NCBI GenBank assembly: GCA_964016885.1
Contig: OZ024746.1
Location: 2,790,001 to 2,854,000 of the forward strand
Direction of reading: 5' to 3'
Origin: Eledone cirrhosa
Taxonomy: Eukaryota
Length of the DNA: 64,000 nt
Made by a program: the position numbers and the translations under genes. How positions within the stretch are numbered: position 1 is the stretch's first letter; each line of letters starts with the position of its first letter. Below the pieces are notes generated by a model. It did not search any database. It had not been told where the DNA came from and worked only from the letters and a program-made list of their open reading frames with translations. Shown here piece by piece: positions 26,434 through 39,327 of the stretch.

Positions 26434-26950
26434 TATTAACATACTCCTAGAAGTCTTAGAACCTCAAATTATAGTCACATTAGAAAAATATGAATGTTAT
26501 ATTTATCTGAACCATGAATAGCTGAGAATATCTTGAAATAACTGAAGGTCTAGTAGTTTGAAGTAAGAAACCAAATTGATGATATGAGCTAGGTAAGCTA
26601 AGTTGAGCTACCACTTATTAATAGCTTTCTAACTTATGACAGAAAGATCCTTGCTAATCTACCACAATTGTCTTGGTAAAATTACAACATTGATTTATGC
26701 ATACATGAAAATGTACTTAGCATAATGGTAATAATGGTAGAGAGCATACTGTGATATTTTTATTCTATCCATTTCATATCTTACGAATGTAACAACTTGA
26801 GCTTGCTTCTGTAAGCAGCCATAATTAACAGTCATGGGTTGCAGCCATAATTAACAGACTGCCTGTAATTGCACCTGGTTCTACAGTACAAAAAAGTTGA
26901 TTTTAAAGTGTTTATATTTGATCTTTAATACATTGTAAGCACCTGTTTAA

Positions 26951-27153
26951 CCCTTTAGCATTTAAACCGGCCAGAATTATCTCACCTCTTTCTGTTCAAA
27001 TCGGTCATAACCAGCTGCTCATACTTATGTTAAGGTATTGTTCTCAAAATAAATATCAAAATAGATTTGATATTGTATGAGATAATTATGTGAAATAAAG
27101 TGTTTACTGTGAAAATACAGTAGTAAATATAGAGTAATGTAAATGCTAAAGGG
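26951..27153. mobile_element. piggyBac-type MITE family 2
   Basis: TTAA|CCCTTTAGCATTTA...TAAATGCTAAAGGG|TTAA (14-bp perfect TIR). A left-end fragment also occurs at ~18812-18862. Confidence 0.8.
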
Positions 27154-29522
27154 TTAATACTGAGAAATTTTATTCTATTATTAAATCTCTCAAAATTCTT
27201 TATTATTTTCAAAATTATTTGAAAATCATAGGCAGTAAAGTTTATTAGAAATCATCATCATCATCACCGTTTAATGTCTAATTGTTTGTGCTTGCATGGA
27301 TTAGGTGGGTCGTGCACATTATGATACAAGTCTGGTCAGTTTAGCCACACCATACTTTGCTTAAATGGAATTGTATTTTGGCTGGGTTTTTTCCTAACAT
27401 CAACCACATTTACAGTGTGGAACTGAGTGGCACCATTATGAGACAAGCCTGACCAGTTGGCCACACCATACCTTGCTTATAATGGGACCACATTTAGGTT
27501 GAGTTTATACAGTTGTTGGATGCACTTTCCAACCCCCAACCACATTTAAAGTGCGGAACTGTGTGGTCCTGTTATGAGACAAATCTAATCGGCCATGTCG
27601 TACCTTGCTCATAGCAGAACCATATTTTGAGAATGGTAACAAAAAGTATTTTTCCAAGTATATGTCATGGTGTCTTTGTTGTTCATTCACTCCTTTCATT
27701 TTTCTACAGTCACTGCATAACACTTTATTGTATAAAGTTCTAATATATTTAGCTTTTCTATCTCTAAAGACAGAAACTCTTCAATACCAACAGAAATAGC
27801 TGTCCACTCAACTTCTACATACCCTCTAGCTCTAGCAATTATTCTACAACTAGCTTCAGGGTTGTGCATAAGCAGATAAAGTGATACAAAAATAAAATCA
27901 ATAGCATTCTGTAGATATTGGGCTGAATATGCAGAAAAGAATGTTAGATGTCATCACAAAGGTATAAAAACAGTGGAAGAAATTATTATTATTATTATTG
28001 TCATTTTTCATTTTCACAGTGATGACCTATCAAGTTATGTAACCTCAAATAGTACTTTCTGGGGGATATTTGCTGTTCCCAAAGTGTTGTTTTCTGCAAT
28101 GTTGTAATGCTGGAGCCTGATTGTAATTCTATCAAGGTTTTTCTGCAAGTTTTCTGTTACCAACCCAAGTGCTCCAATCACAATTGGTACCACTCTTACT
28201 TTAATATTCCACATTCTCTTGACATCTGTTCTCAAGTCTCCATACTTTGATTTTCTCATTTTCTTAACCATTAATGTAAAGATCTCCTGGGCAAGCTACA
28301 TTGATCAACAAACACCTCTATTTAGTACCTTTCTGCACTAAAATTATGTCTGGTCTTGTGAAATCCTACACGAGTTTTACAGTCTGGGAAATCCTATATG
28401 AGTTTTACAGTCTGATTTTCTAGGACCTTCCCTGGTTTGTGATACCATTTGTCAGTTGTTGCAAACCCATATTTCTTGTATAAAGACCAATGGAGGTGTA
28501 AACATACATTATCATGATGCTTTTATATCCCATCCACACAAGTATGCTACAGGCACACTTTCCACCTTCTTCCCACATAACCTATACTTATTTGTTTCAT
28601 CTAGGTTATACATATTCCTTATCACATTTGTGTTTAGTGCTTGATCTTGAGCAGCTATTAATAAACTTTCTGTCTCTCTTTTAAGATCACCTTTTGTCAA
28701 CCATGACGATCCTAGCTTTACTTAGTTTCTTTTTCAAACTGACCGTGTAATTCCATACTCTACCTTTCGCTCAGTTTCTCCACCAGCAGCCTGTTTGTAA
28801 TTTCCTTTACTTTCAGTGGTTTCAATGCATAGGCCTCTGCTTTTGGCAACATACCTTAAAAGTTATTTGTTACTACTGGCCAAATATGAGTCTAAGGGCC
28901 TGCATTCAATAGCCACACAGTCTTTCACACATACAAGTCCTTGATCTCCTACATTCATCTTTGTTATTCTCTTTTGCAATTCCTCATAGATTTGACCAAA
29001 ATTGTGTAGATTCTTCAGCATTAGGTGAAACTTCTGCACCATTTCCCCTGATAATATTCTAAAAAACATTTTCTGATTTGCAGAGAACAATCTATCCTGA
29101 TTAGACTACCTTAATACACTGCTTCACTTCTTCCATCACTAAATTCAAACCTTTCAACTTTATTTTATACCTCATGTCTATATGTTGTTTCTCCTCTACT
29201 TTGGCTTTCTTCCATTTTCTTCTGTGCCATGCATCCATTTTACCTAGATCTTTTCTGAGCTGAGTTATATCACCTTCTAGTCTTATCTTCCATCAAGTTC
29301 CTTACATTTCTTCCATTCATTTTGCTTGATACCTACTCACCATAAACCCTGCAGCACTAATTAACTTTCTTGAGTCAGTATTACCATTAATTTCTATTTA
29401 CATCATTGTATGGTTTATTTTGGCTGTTTCACTTCCTAAATGACTTTTCTGTAAATTCCAAAGATTCAGTGTCACCTTATTGAATCCAGGATCATTAAAC
29501 AGATCTGTCAATCTCTTGATAA

Positions 29523-31258
29523 CACTGTGTAACAAAGACATTTTTTTTCTCTGTTCCTGGCTTGTAATCACTTTTTTTTTTGTTGCTTAGGTCCCAAATA
29601 AATAAAAAAGTGTTATTAAACAGTTAAAAGTTTGGGTTTGTAAAAATTCTAAGCTATTCACTAGAATTATGTGTATGCTGGATTTTACGTTGTATGTAAG
29701 TTTAATTTGCTTATGTAAAATGATTTTTTTTTATATATGTTTCAGGTTAAATTAAAATTATAAAATAAAGAGTAATACCTAAAGAAAATTATAAAAGTGC
29801 AATAAAGTATAAAATTGTTAAAAAGTGGATTAAAGAGATTTATTGATACTGGATTTTCGCGCCCTGAATAAAGGGTAAGTTGTGTTTTAAGCATTCGTCT
29901 CCAGGATGAAGCAGTGGAAGTTAGTCAAGGAGGAAGTGCAGGTGACAAGTCAAAGAAGTCGACACAAACCTTTCTCAGGCTTTAACACTTTTAGGGATGG
30001 CCTCTGCTTCTGCCCTGACGTGCCTGGACTGTTTGACGTTACTGGGGTGCCGTTTGTGCCCAAGGAGTGGCGGCTATTTATAGACAGCTCCACCACAAGT
30101 TTGAAGGCTGTCCTCCTCCACAATGGAAACAAGTTCCCGACATTGCCCCTAGCTCATTCAGTTTGCCTGAAGGAAGATTACTACAGTGTGAAAGTCCTCT
30201 TGGAAGCTCTGCAATACAACCAGTACAATTGGGAAATCATTGGAGACTTCAAGATGGTGGCTTTCCTGCTTGGACTCCAAGGAGGCTTTATCAAATTCCA
30301 ATGCTTCCTCTGTCTTTTGGACAGCAGAACCACCTCTGACCACTACAAAAGAAAGAACTGGGAGCAGCGAACAGAATTTGTAGTTGGGACCCGGAACGTC
30401 ATGTGGGAGCCACTGGTTGATCCCAGGATTGTGTTCATGCCACCACTGCACATTAAGTTGGGGTTGATGAAGAAGTTTGTGAAGGCTCTCAACCAAGAAT
30501 CAGCCACTTTTAAGTACATTCTTGAGTTCTTCCCCAAGTTATCTGAGGCCCAAATCAAAGGTGGAATTTTTGTTGGACCTCAGATAAAGAAGGTGTTTGA
30601 GTCCACCGAGTTCTCCAATAAGCTCAATAGGATTGAGAGAACAGCATGGAACTGTTTCAAAGCAGTTGTTAAGGGCTTCCTGGGTAACTACAGAGCTGAA
30701 AACTACCAGAAACTGGTGCAGGATCTGATAAAGGCTTTTGGCGCCATGGGATGCAGGATGTCGCTTAAACTCCATATGCTGGACGCTCACCTGGGAAAAT
30801 TCAAGGACGATATGGGCGCCTACTCAGAAGAACAAGGCGAACAATTCCACCAAGATGTGAAAGAGATAGAGTGGAGCTACCAGGGCCACTACAATGAAAA
30901 AATGATGGGGGACTATATCTGGGGGCTAGTGGGAGAATGCGACCTGGACTACAACCGCAAATCCAGGAAATCCAGTCATTTCTGACGTGTATAAGTTGCT
31001 TTATAAGTGTTATTTGTTTTTACTTGTTTACTTTTGATAAGCTTGTGTAATAAAATAAATATATACTCTGTTGATTTAATTATATGAACTGATAAATTTA
31101 AAAAAAATGTATTTTATCTTGAAAATTTCGAAATATCAAACTCCTGACCACAAACCCAAACTTCTGATTAAATAATAGTGTTTTTTTAAAAATAATGGGA
31201 TATAACAAACCATGAAATGACACTTAGAATTGGAGAACAAAAAATATGTTACACAGTG
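29523..31258 (+). mobile_element. Chapaev3 (CMC superfamily) DNA transposon, internally deleted
   Basis: Perfect 12-bp TIR CACTGTGTAACA...TGTTACACAGTG, extended by imperfect inverted subterminal similarity (aagtttgggtttg / caaacccaaactt). 3-bp TSD TAA at 29520-22 and 31259-61. Confidence 0.88.
29906..30985 (+). CDS. Chapaev3 transposase, C-terminal catalytic part (N-terminal Cys-rich domain missing)
   Basis: Family motifs WRLFIDSS..SLKAVLLHNGN, GDFKMVAFLLGLQGG, CFLC, PPLHIKLGLMK, GIFVGPQI, MSLKLHMLDAHL, GAYSEEQGEQFHQD. 359 aa with no internal stop. Confidence 0.85.
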   Translation: MKQWKLVKEEVQVTSQRSRHKPFSGFNTFRDGLCFCPDVPGLFDVTGVPFVPKEWRLFIDSSTTSLKAVLLHNGNKFPTLPLAHSVCLKEDYYSVKVLLEALQYNQYNWEIIGDFKMVAFLLGLQGGFIKFQCFLCLLDSRTTSDHYKRKNWEQRTEFVVGTRNVMWEPLVDPRIVFMPPLHIKLGLMKKFVKALNQESATFKYILEFFPKLSEAQIKGGIFVGPQIKKVFESTEFSNKLNRIERTAWNCFKAVVKGFLGNYRAENYQKLVQDLIKAFGAMGCRMSLKLHMLDAHLGKFKDDMGAYSEEQGEQFHQDVKEIEWSYQGHYNEKMMGDYIWGLVGECDLDYNRKSRKSSHF

Positions 31259-31964
31259 TAATCGATCTTGTTTCTTCCTTTTCTTAATGTTCATTTACAC
31301 TTTCAATGTCCATCATTCACTTGGTTTTCCACTCCCCCCACAGTAGTTCATCATTCCCTTATCACCATTTTGGTCGGCTAATTCTTCCTCAGTTGATTTA
31401 TTTTCATTATAATCTCTGTTGCTAACTTTCTACATTTGCATCATCTAAGTTACCTTCAGCATTAATATTCCTACTTTGAACTTCAACTTCCAGGGCCTCT
31501 AATTCAACCTTGATGAGCCAACTACTCTGTCTAATTTTCCTTATCTGTCCCATCACATTCTTCACACTAATTTCAAACATTCCAAACCTATTCCAGTGCT
31601 GAAGCATCCATTCATCCACAGAACCTGCTCCTCCCTCTTCTGTAAGAAAACACTTGATTGTAATTTTATTATCTTCTTTGCTCCATGTTCTTCTACCACC
31701 GGTTTCATTGCGTCGTTTTAACTTTTCTGTGGTTATGAACTTGTGGTTTATTTTGTGGTACAGCTGCATGCTGAAGACCTGTGGATGTCTGTAGCCTCTG
31801 AGGTGAGCTGTTAACAGCTCCACTCCCGTCACTCCCTGCCCAATGCCTTCACCTCTGGTTGCTTCCAATAGACTCCCATCAATAGTTCTACCCTCTTTGC
31901 AGTTTAAATTTATATTTTTCTTCATTTCCATGTGATTTATGAGGTAGCGCAACTATCAGTTCTT

Positions 31965-32210
31965 GTGTACACCACCACTAGGGAGGTGACCAACCAATGA
32001 TAAAGATCTCTATTGTGTACACCACCACTAGGGAGGTGACCAACCAAGGATAATGATCCCTATTGTGTACACCACCACTAGGGAGGTGACCAACCAAGGA
32101 TAAAGATCCCTATTGTGTACACCACCACTAGGGAGGTGACCAACCAATGATAAAGATCCCTATTGTGTACACCACCACTAGGGAGGTGACCCACCAAGGA
32201 TAAAGATCCC
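31965..32210. repeat. 50-bp tandem repeat, about 5 copies
   Basis: Unit tgtacaccaccactagggaggtgaccaaccaa(t/g)gataaagatc(t/c)ctattg. Confidence 0.93.
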
Positions 32211-32267
32211 TCCCTCATCTTTTGGCTGTTGTTTCTGCCTTTTCCAGCTATCACTGAGGTATTGATT

Positions 32268-33190
32268 GTGGTGGTGGTGGTGGTGGTGCTGGTGCTGGTG
32301 GTGGTGGTGGTGGTGGTGGTGGTAGTGGTGGTGGTGGTAGTGGTGGTGGTAGTGCTGGTGGTGGTGGTAGCGGTGGTGGTGGTGGTGGTGGTGGTGGTGG
32401 TAGTGCTGGTGGTGGTGGTAGCGGTGCTGGCAGTGGTAGCGGTGCTGGTGGTGGTGGTGGCAGTGGTGGTGGTGGTGGTGCTGGCAGTGGTAGTGGTGCT
32501 GGCAGTGGTGGTGGTGGTGGTGGTAGTGGTGCTGGCAGTGGTAGCGGTGGTGGTGGTGGTAGTGGTGCTGGCGGTGGTAGCAGTGGTGGTGTTGGTGGTG
32601 GTGGCAGTGGTAGCGGTGTTGGCAGTGCTGGCGGTGGTAGCAGTGGTGGTAGCGGTGTTGGTGGTGGTAGCGGTGGTGGTGGTGGTGGTAGTGGTGCTGG
32701 TGGTGGTAGTGGTGCTGGCAGTGGTAGCGGTGCTGGCAGTGGTGGTGGTGGTAGCGGTGCTGGCAGTGGTGGTGGTGGTAGTGGTGCTGGCAGTGGTAGC
32801 AGTGGTGGTGGTGGTGGTGGTAGTGGTGCTGGCAGTGGTAGCAGTGGTGGTGGTGGTGGTGGTAGTGGTGCTGGTGGTGGTAGCGGTGTTGGTGGCAGTG
32901 GTAGCGGTGGTGGCAGTGGTGGTGGTGGCAGTGGTGGCGGTGGTGGCAGTGGTAGCAGTGGTGGTAGTGGTGCTGGCAGTGGTAGCAGTGGTGGTGGTGG
33001 TGGTGGTAGTGGTGCTGGTGGTGGTAGCAGTGGTGGTAGCGGTGTTGGTGGCAGTGGTAGCGGTGGTGGCAGTGGTGGTGGTGGCAGTGGTGGCGGTGGT
33101 GGCAGTGGTAGCAGTGGTGGTGGTGGTGGCAGTGGTAGCAGTGGTGGTGGTGGTAGTGGTGCTGGCAGTTGTAGCAGTGCTGGTGTGGCT
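32268..33190. repeat. GTG/GCA/GTA/CTG triplet repeat tract
   Basis: Direct inspection. Confidence 0.95.
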
Positions 33191-33591
33191 GCCATTGTGA
33201 CTGTTTGTCATTGTTTCTTGTTGTTCCGTGAGTGATATTGCTTGTTGAACCCAGATGAAGGTCTGTTGAGTCTGAGTAAACTGGTGTGAGATCTTTCCTT
33301 TCAAATTGTTGTCAGGCTACGTTCTATAACCATAGTTGAGGGATGTACAAGGCTCAGTTGCAGGCTCTGCAACTATATGTAGTGGTATTGATAGCTTGAA
33401 CTATGACTGCCACTATTTCCTCAAAATGTTGAACTAGCCATTTCGAATTTGATTTTGCTGAAGAGTTGGAGAAGAGAAAATTTTTGGAACATGCCTTGAG
33501 AGTATGTCCCACGAGGGAAGATGTGTGTGTGGCCACTACAACATTTGCTTAGTCAACTGATAAGGTTGTTTTTGGCAGTATTATTATCATT

Positions 33592-33785
33592 GAATTGGCA
33601 GTATAGGTAGAGGGTCAGACATGCTTTCCAGCGTAGTTACGTCCCTTTACGATCTGAGTTCAAATCCCGCCGAGGTTAACTTTGCCTTTCATCCTTATGG
33701 GGGTCGATAAAATAAAGTACCAGTTATACACTGGGTAATTTGCTGGCCTTGTGCCTAACGAAGAAACAATTATTATTATTATTAT
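33592..33785 (+). mobile_element. SINE family B full copy with (ATT)n tail
   Basis: gaattggcagtataggtagag...ctgagttcaaatcccgccgaggttaactttgcctttcatcc...ggccttgtgcctaa...attattatt. Confidence 0.8.
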
Positions 33786-34767
33786 TCAATAACTTCTAGG
33801 ATAAAAATGTTAAGTAAAATAAAATAAATATCACAAAGCATCAATGTAAAGTAAAAATAAAGGGGTGGTGATGGAGGGGGGGGGGGCACTAAACAAACCT
33901 GTTTGGTTCACTCAGGTGTGGAAAATAGTTTTAAATTATGCTCTTGATGATTTCATATTCTTTTATTTCGTTGGAGAGAGAGAGGGACAGAGTGAGAGAG
34001 AGAGAGAGAGACAGTAAGAAAAAATAAAGAGAGGGAAGAGAGAACAGAGACAAGAGAGAGGTAGAGAAAGAAAGAAAGTGTGTGTATTATTTCTGTTTGT
34101 TTTATTTGTATTCAACAGTTTCAGAATAATTGAGAATGTTTGTCATGCACGAAACCATCAATGAAGACAACAAAATAAACCAGGAAAATATGAAATATCA
34201 AACATTTTTCTCTTTGCTCAAAGCAAAAATATTTTAGAAACCAAAAATATTAGATCTATCAATTTGTAGCCTCTATTTTTCTCTGCTTGTTTTGTAAAAA
34301 CAAAAATAATACATATGTCATAAAGATGGGACATAACAATAAATATATTAAAAAAATAATAGCCAAAGAAACAAAAAAACAAAACAAAACAAAAACGAAC
34401 AGAGATGAGTTGCTTTGTATTTTTATGACTGTGTGTTAGAATGGATATGTAATGTGTCTAGATGGCATATGGAATGATTTATGTTCAAAACAATGATCAA
34501 TGAATCACTGCAACAAATTTTGTCCAGCCTGTCCTGCTATTTGAACACTAACTTAACCACATTAATCCACCAACTTAATTCCACCACAATCGTTGCTACT
34601 GACTGCCTCACAAACACTTCTGACCTCGAGTACTATATATATATATAAAGCGGATGTATGATGATGATATATGTGTGTATGTATGTATATGTTAAACGAT
34701 GATGGTGATGATGATATATATATATCTTCACACACACATATATATATGTATTTATGTATATATATAC

Positions 34768-35220
34768 AGAAAAAGTAATAGCGCAACTAATCAGAGAGCG
34801 AATTGATCTAGATGAAATGCAGTTTGGGTTTGTGTCAGGTAAAAGTACCACAGACGCTCTTTTCCTTGTACGACAACTACAAGAGAAGTACCTAGCTAAA
34901 AGTAAACCCCTATACTTAAAAGCATCAAGTAATATGCTTTTAAATTTATTACTGGCTGTGGGGTCCTTTAACTTCCATATTTTTCTTCTGAGGATAGTCC
35001 TCTTCTGTTGTTGAGTACGTCTCGTCCTGACTATGAGGTCGCTAATTATGAGTCTATGTTGAGAGCTGCATTCTTCATGGGGGGAGGGATTTAGTGTTTA
35101 CAACAGACACTCTGTCACGACTTCTGGTAAGGATATAATCTACCTGGCTGGTGTGTTCCCCTGATCTATAGGTGATCAAGTGATTGTCTCGTTTTTAGAA
35201 GCGGACGTAAAATGATGATG
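34768..35220. mobile_element. Rearranged RTE fragments: RT piece on + strand joined to an APE-endonuclease piece on - strand
   Basis: Plus strand 34768-34917 EKVIAQLIRERIDLDEMQFGFVSGKSTTDALFLVRQLQEKY. Minus strand ~34950-35190 LITYRSGEHTSQVDYIL...ECSSQHRLIISDL. RTE-type tail gcggacgtaaaatgatgatg at ~35200. Confidence 0.75.
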
Positions 35221-35299
35221 TGTATGCATGTACGTGTGTGTATATATATATATTTGTTATTGACTCTTCACTCATGTCAGAGTTTTGAGTATGATATAT

Positions 35300-36040
35300 C
35301 AGTCCAATTCGTGCAGAAAAGAGCTGGGGGAAGGAGTTCAGACATTGGATATGTTGCAAAGGGCAGAGCTGCAGGTCTTTGTTCATACTGTCCTATTTCT
35401 TAGTTTCAAAGGCATCTCTCCTCACCAACTCAAACTATGTTGTGTCCATTTTCACCTTCTTCCTTCAAAGCTTCCTGCCCTACACATCAGATTCCCAGTT
35501 GTTGTGGTCCAGCTCACAGCTTTTGAGAGTTTGCTTAAGTTGGCCTTTGTAGCACCTCTTTGGTGCACCAAGATGGTGTTTTCCTTCAGTTCACTGTAGA
35601 AAACTTTCTTGGATAGCTTGTATGCATTCATACATGTGACATGTACCACCCAACACAAGTGTTGTACCATTAGAGTTTTTGACAGCTCTGTCAAGTGTCG
35701 TAGTATTGCTCACTTAATCCAGCCACTTGATATTCATGATGGCCCAGAATTTCCTCTGATGGAAGGCTTCTAGTTCCTTTATATCTTTCTTGTACAATGT
35801 TCAGGTCTCACAAAAGTGTGGGAAGTACCACAGCTTTATATAACATGAGCTTTGTTTCCCATTTCAAATTTCTGTTCTGGAAGATTCTTTTGTTGAGTCA
35901 CCCAAATGCAGCACTTGCTGCCTGGATCCTACATTCAATGTCTTTGTTAGATGTTGCATCCTTGGCTAGGACGGCTCTGAAGTAAGGAAATTGAGACATA
36001 CAGTCTACTTCCATCCCTTGGATTTTGATGTGGACAAAAT
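35300..36040 (-). mobile_element. Degenerate RTE/BovB-like LINE fragment
   Basis: Minus-strand remnants FPYFRA..., RIQAASAAFG, TKLMLYKAVVLPTLL, LEAFHQR, KVFYSEL, with stops and frameshifts. Confidence 0.7.
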
Positions 36041-36260
36041 TACATTAGAACTTTAACTATCTGAATGTCTTATACAGTTGTATCATCAACTCATATGATT
36101 TACCTTATATACTCACATATAAATATATATATATACATGCACACACATATATATATATATCCTTACATACATACATGAATGGAACTGTTATTTTTATCTA
36201 AAGAGATTTTTACCAATTCCAACCCGCCCGTCCCTTCAATCTATCTTATTTCTCATTCTT

Positions 36261-36296
36261 TCTTCTGATGAAGGACTAGTGTCCGAAACGTTAAGA
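36261..36296 (+). ncRNA. Minimal type I hammerhead ribozyme motif (Penelope-type)
   Basis: tctt CTGATGA a-ggac-tagt-gtcc GAAA cgtt aaga. Stem III is the palindrome AACGTT. Lies about 200 bp from the PLE remnant. Confidence 0.7.
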
Positions 36297-36479
36297 CCCT
36301 CTTCTTGCTATATCAAGCATTAACCTAATATATCCCTTCCATATACTGTAACGATTGTGTTGTTATTTCTGTTTACCTTTTACATACATATATATATGTA
36401 CCCACACACATATAACTATGAATTAAAATTTCGGATCATTAAATACAAATGTCTAAGAGGGGTAACAGGAAAAATGTAT

Positions 36480-37400
36480 GTTTATAATAGAGGTAGAGTA
36501 TAAAAGATATATGAGAGTTATATACAAGGTAATAAATACTTAACCAAGGATGAAATTAGTATATTTAATCAGCATTGAGGATTTTGTAAAAGAAAGAGTG
36601 AAAAGTTCTGTGGACAAGAAGTGACTATCTCATTTCTAGAGTTGAGAAGTAATAATTTCAAATGCTTCTGTTAGACAAAGATTACATTCAATTCTACTGC
36701 CTCCATAAGGTTTTGCAGTTAATTATATCCCACTTAATAGAGTATCATATATTATCACTTTTTAGATGCCAGAGTAATTTAGTTAAAGAAGTAGAATTTT
36801 TTTTGTTTCATTTTTTAAAAAATGTAGTTGTGAATATAATCGGATTTTTAAATTATTTGCAGTTGCGCCTCTATAATTATATGATTTATTATATGTTGAT
36901 GCCTCACACACTATTTCTAAGGCAATGGCCCCTATGTGGACAAGATACAGGAACTCTATAATTACAATTAGCTTCTGGAATATTAGTATTAGGTCTATTT
37001 ACTGCATTACTATGGTAAGATAAAGCTTTATTAGTATTAGTCAGCCTACAAGTGTTATCAGCATCATAAATCCGTTCATTACTATCACCAACATCGTTAA
37101 TGTTATTAAATTCATTATCTAAAACTGTGGGATGGTTTAATTGCTTATTATTATCTACAGGAATTGCATGCTCCGATTTATGTCTGTGTAATTTCCTGCG
37201 GATATTGAAAGCCAATAATCAGCGAAATTTGGTGTAGAAAAGAATAATTTAACTGTCTTCCTACTTATTACACTATAATATTTATGGTTTGGGGACAAAT
37301 TTTTTCCTAAAATGCTAAAAAATATTTTAGGTATATATGTGAACTCCACGCAGAGGATCAAACCAAATACATTTCTTGCACCTATTTTTCTTTTGTTAAG
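36480..37400 (-). mobile_element. Penelope-like element remnant (RT thumb, Cys linker, GIY-YIG endonuclease)
   Basis: Minus-strand PNHKYYSVISRKTVKL, CNYRVPVSCPHRGHCLRNSV, STSLTKLLWHLK, KWDII, CNLCLTEA match the PLE C-terminal pattern (CNCR..CPL.G.CL ... C.LCL.EK). Heavily decayed. Confidence 0.65.
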
Positions 37401-38038
37401 TACTTAAGTAACTGAATCTTCAAACAATAAAACATTATTATATGGAATATTTAATTGTGGATTGATATTATTATTATTATTTGAAACTTCTTTTGAATTC
37501 TGCTTCTTTCCCAAACTATGCTGAGTGTCAACCTGACACCTGGGACAAAATTTGATAATCCACATATTTTACAATCAATTGTCACACAAATGAGGCCCAA
37601 ACAACAGTAAATGTCTTTGCAAGGCTTTTAGATTGATAATGTCCTTCTCAGGACATGGACAGTACCAGTCAGCACTATTTTCTGTATCTCTTGCATCTAT
37701 TATTATTATTATTACTTCTAGTTTTGTCTATATTCTTATTTTTTATTTTCTGCTTATTAAGTTTACTATTTATATTAAAATGATTAAAGCGAGGCTTGAA
37801 AATACATTTAGGGGTATTATTATTATTATTAGGTTCACTTGGACCGTGGTTATGAGGAGTACTACCTTCAAAAGTATTAGTTACTTAGTTTGGAACTCAT
37901 TTCATCTCTTTTTAATCATTCTACACACACACAGGGTAGGCTTCTACACTGTCAACCATATTCCTTAACTAGCCTATATATCTGTAATATGCATGCGTGA
38001 AGTTGTTATAGTAACAGCCTGCCGTGTGCAGTTCCACT

Positions 38039-38300
38039 CTATTTTTTTATCTGTGGTTTATTCTGATTGATGATAATGGCCTCTTTGATTCTTAAATTCC
38101 CTATATTCGTTTCTGCCACCTCTATGGTGACCTCAATGTCTTGGCTGCAGCATCTGTCAAGATCTTTTTTAACAGAAGAACCTCTCATTGTTGTGTGCTC
38201 TTTGGTTTGTATATGTAACATCCAGACAGTATTTCCAATGTACGAGGAGCTACATTTTTAATGTGATTTTATAGACCATATATGCCCTCATGTAACACTT
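38039..38300 (-). mobile_element. Penelope-like GIY-YIG endonuclease fragment (second family)
   Basis: Minus-strand VYKIT..CSSYIGNT..LHIQTKEH...LRIKEAIIINQNKPQI. Confidence 0.65.
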
Positions 38301-39327
38301 CTGTGTTGGTGATGGGACAATTAGGAAGTGTGCACATATCACTATATATGGGTTGGCGTCTGTGGAGTAATCTGCTCAACGAAGTCCTGAATGTGCTGGG
38401 GCAGAAACAAAAAAACATTTCTTCAAGAAAAAGCAGGTCTCTTCATTTTTTTCCATCTCTATCAATTATATTGACCTCAGTACTTCTAATTAATTTATCA
38501 GCCTTCAGAAGAATGGAAGGCAAAGTTGACCACAACAGGATTTAAACTTAAAATATAAGTTAGATGCACTGCCGATTCTGCCAAAATAGAATTAAATTCT
38601 ATGATTGTGGAAAGCATTGTAAGATGGAAATAAATTCTCAGTAAGTGAAATGTGACACCCAGTTGTGATCCTCTGATTAAAACATTTTCTGTCCCCAGTT
38701 ACACATCCTTACACACTTTACTGAAATACCTCTCACACAGCTACTTCTGATATCAGCATTCCTTGAAATCAGTCTAACTAATTGTCCCCATTTGCAGGAC
38801 ACTGTTGAATACAAATAGCTCAAGCAGTGAAATTCAAGCATTTACTGTCCGTCACGATATATTACAGTTGCATGTGATAAAATTTCATATTAAGTATTAC
38901 TTGCAGCATAACCCCCAAAAATACTTAAGACATTTTTCCTTGCTTTTAATATATCATTTCCTCCCTAGGACCTTTCAACACATGTTTTATGGGACATTGG
39001 AAGTTGGGTGGGAAAAGTTTGAATCATTAAAGAGATTTATCTTGTTTTTCACCTTTGCTTTCATTTCTTTACGAACACTCAACATTTTTTCTCCTTTTTC
39101 TTTACTCTTTGGTTTAAATTTTTCCAGTAAATCTTCAATGAAATATGTTTAGCTATTTGTGTATGGAGTGTGGGTTTTTTGTTGTTGTGAATGTTTGTGT
39201 GTATGAGTGTGTGTGTGTGTGTATGTGTGTGACTATGTACATGTATGCAACTATGTGTATGTCTGTTTTCAGTTAAATTTTACAAATACATCTTATATAT
39301 ATATACTTTTGTTTTCTAATGTTTTAG

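Larger units (their letters stand above)
27982..32210 (-). mobile_element. Decayed RLE-type non-LTR retrotransposon (R4/Dong-like), interrupted by the Chapaev3 element
   Basis: Minus-strand fragments RRTWSKEDN (N-terminal), GLVCVKDCV, KGDLKRETESLLIAAQDQALNT..RLCGKKVES (zinc knuckle region), KYGDL..KRMW...VVPIVIGALG (restriction-like endonuclease). (AAT)n tail near 27982. Many frameshifts; boundaries approximate. Confidence 0.7.

Noticed and set aside
32078-33304. Mucin-like poly-Thr, poly-Pro or poly-Val ORFs
   Set aside because: Triplet repeat open in several frames on both strands, with no splice or domain support.
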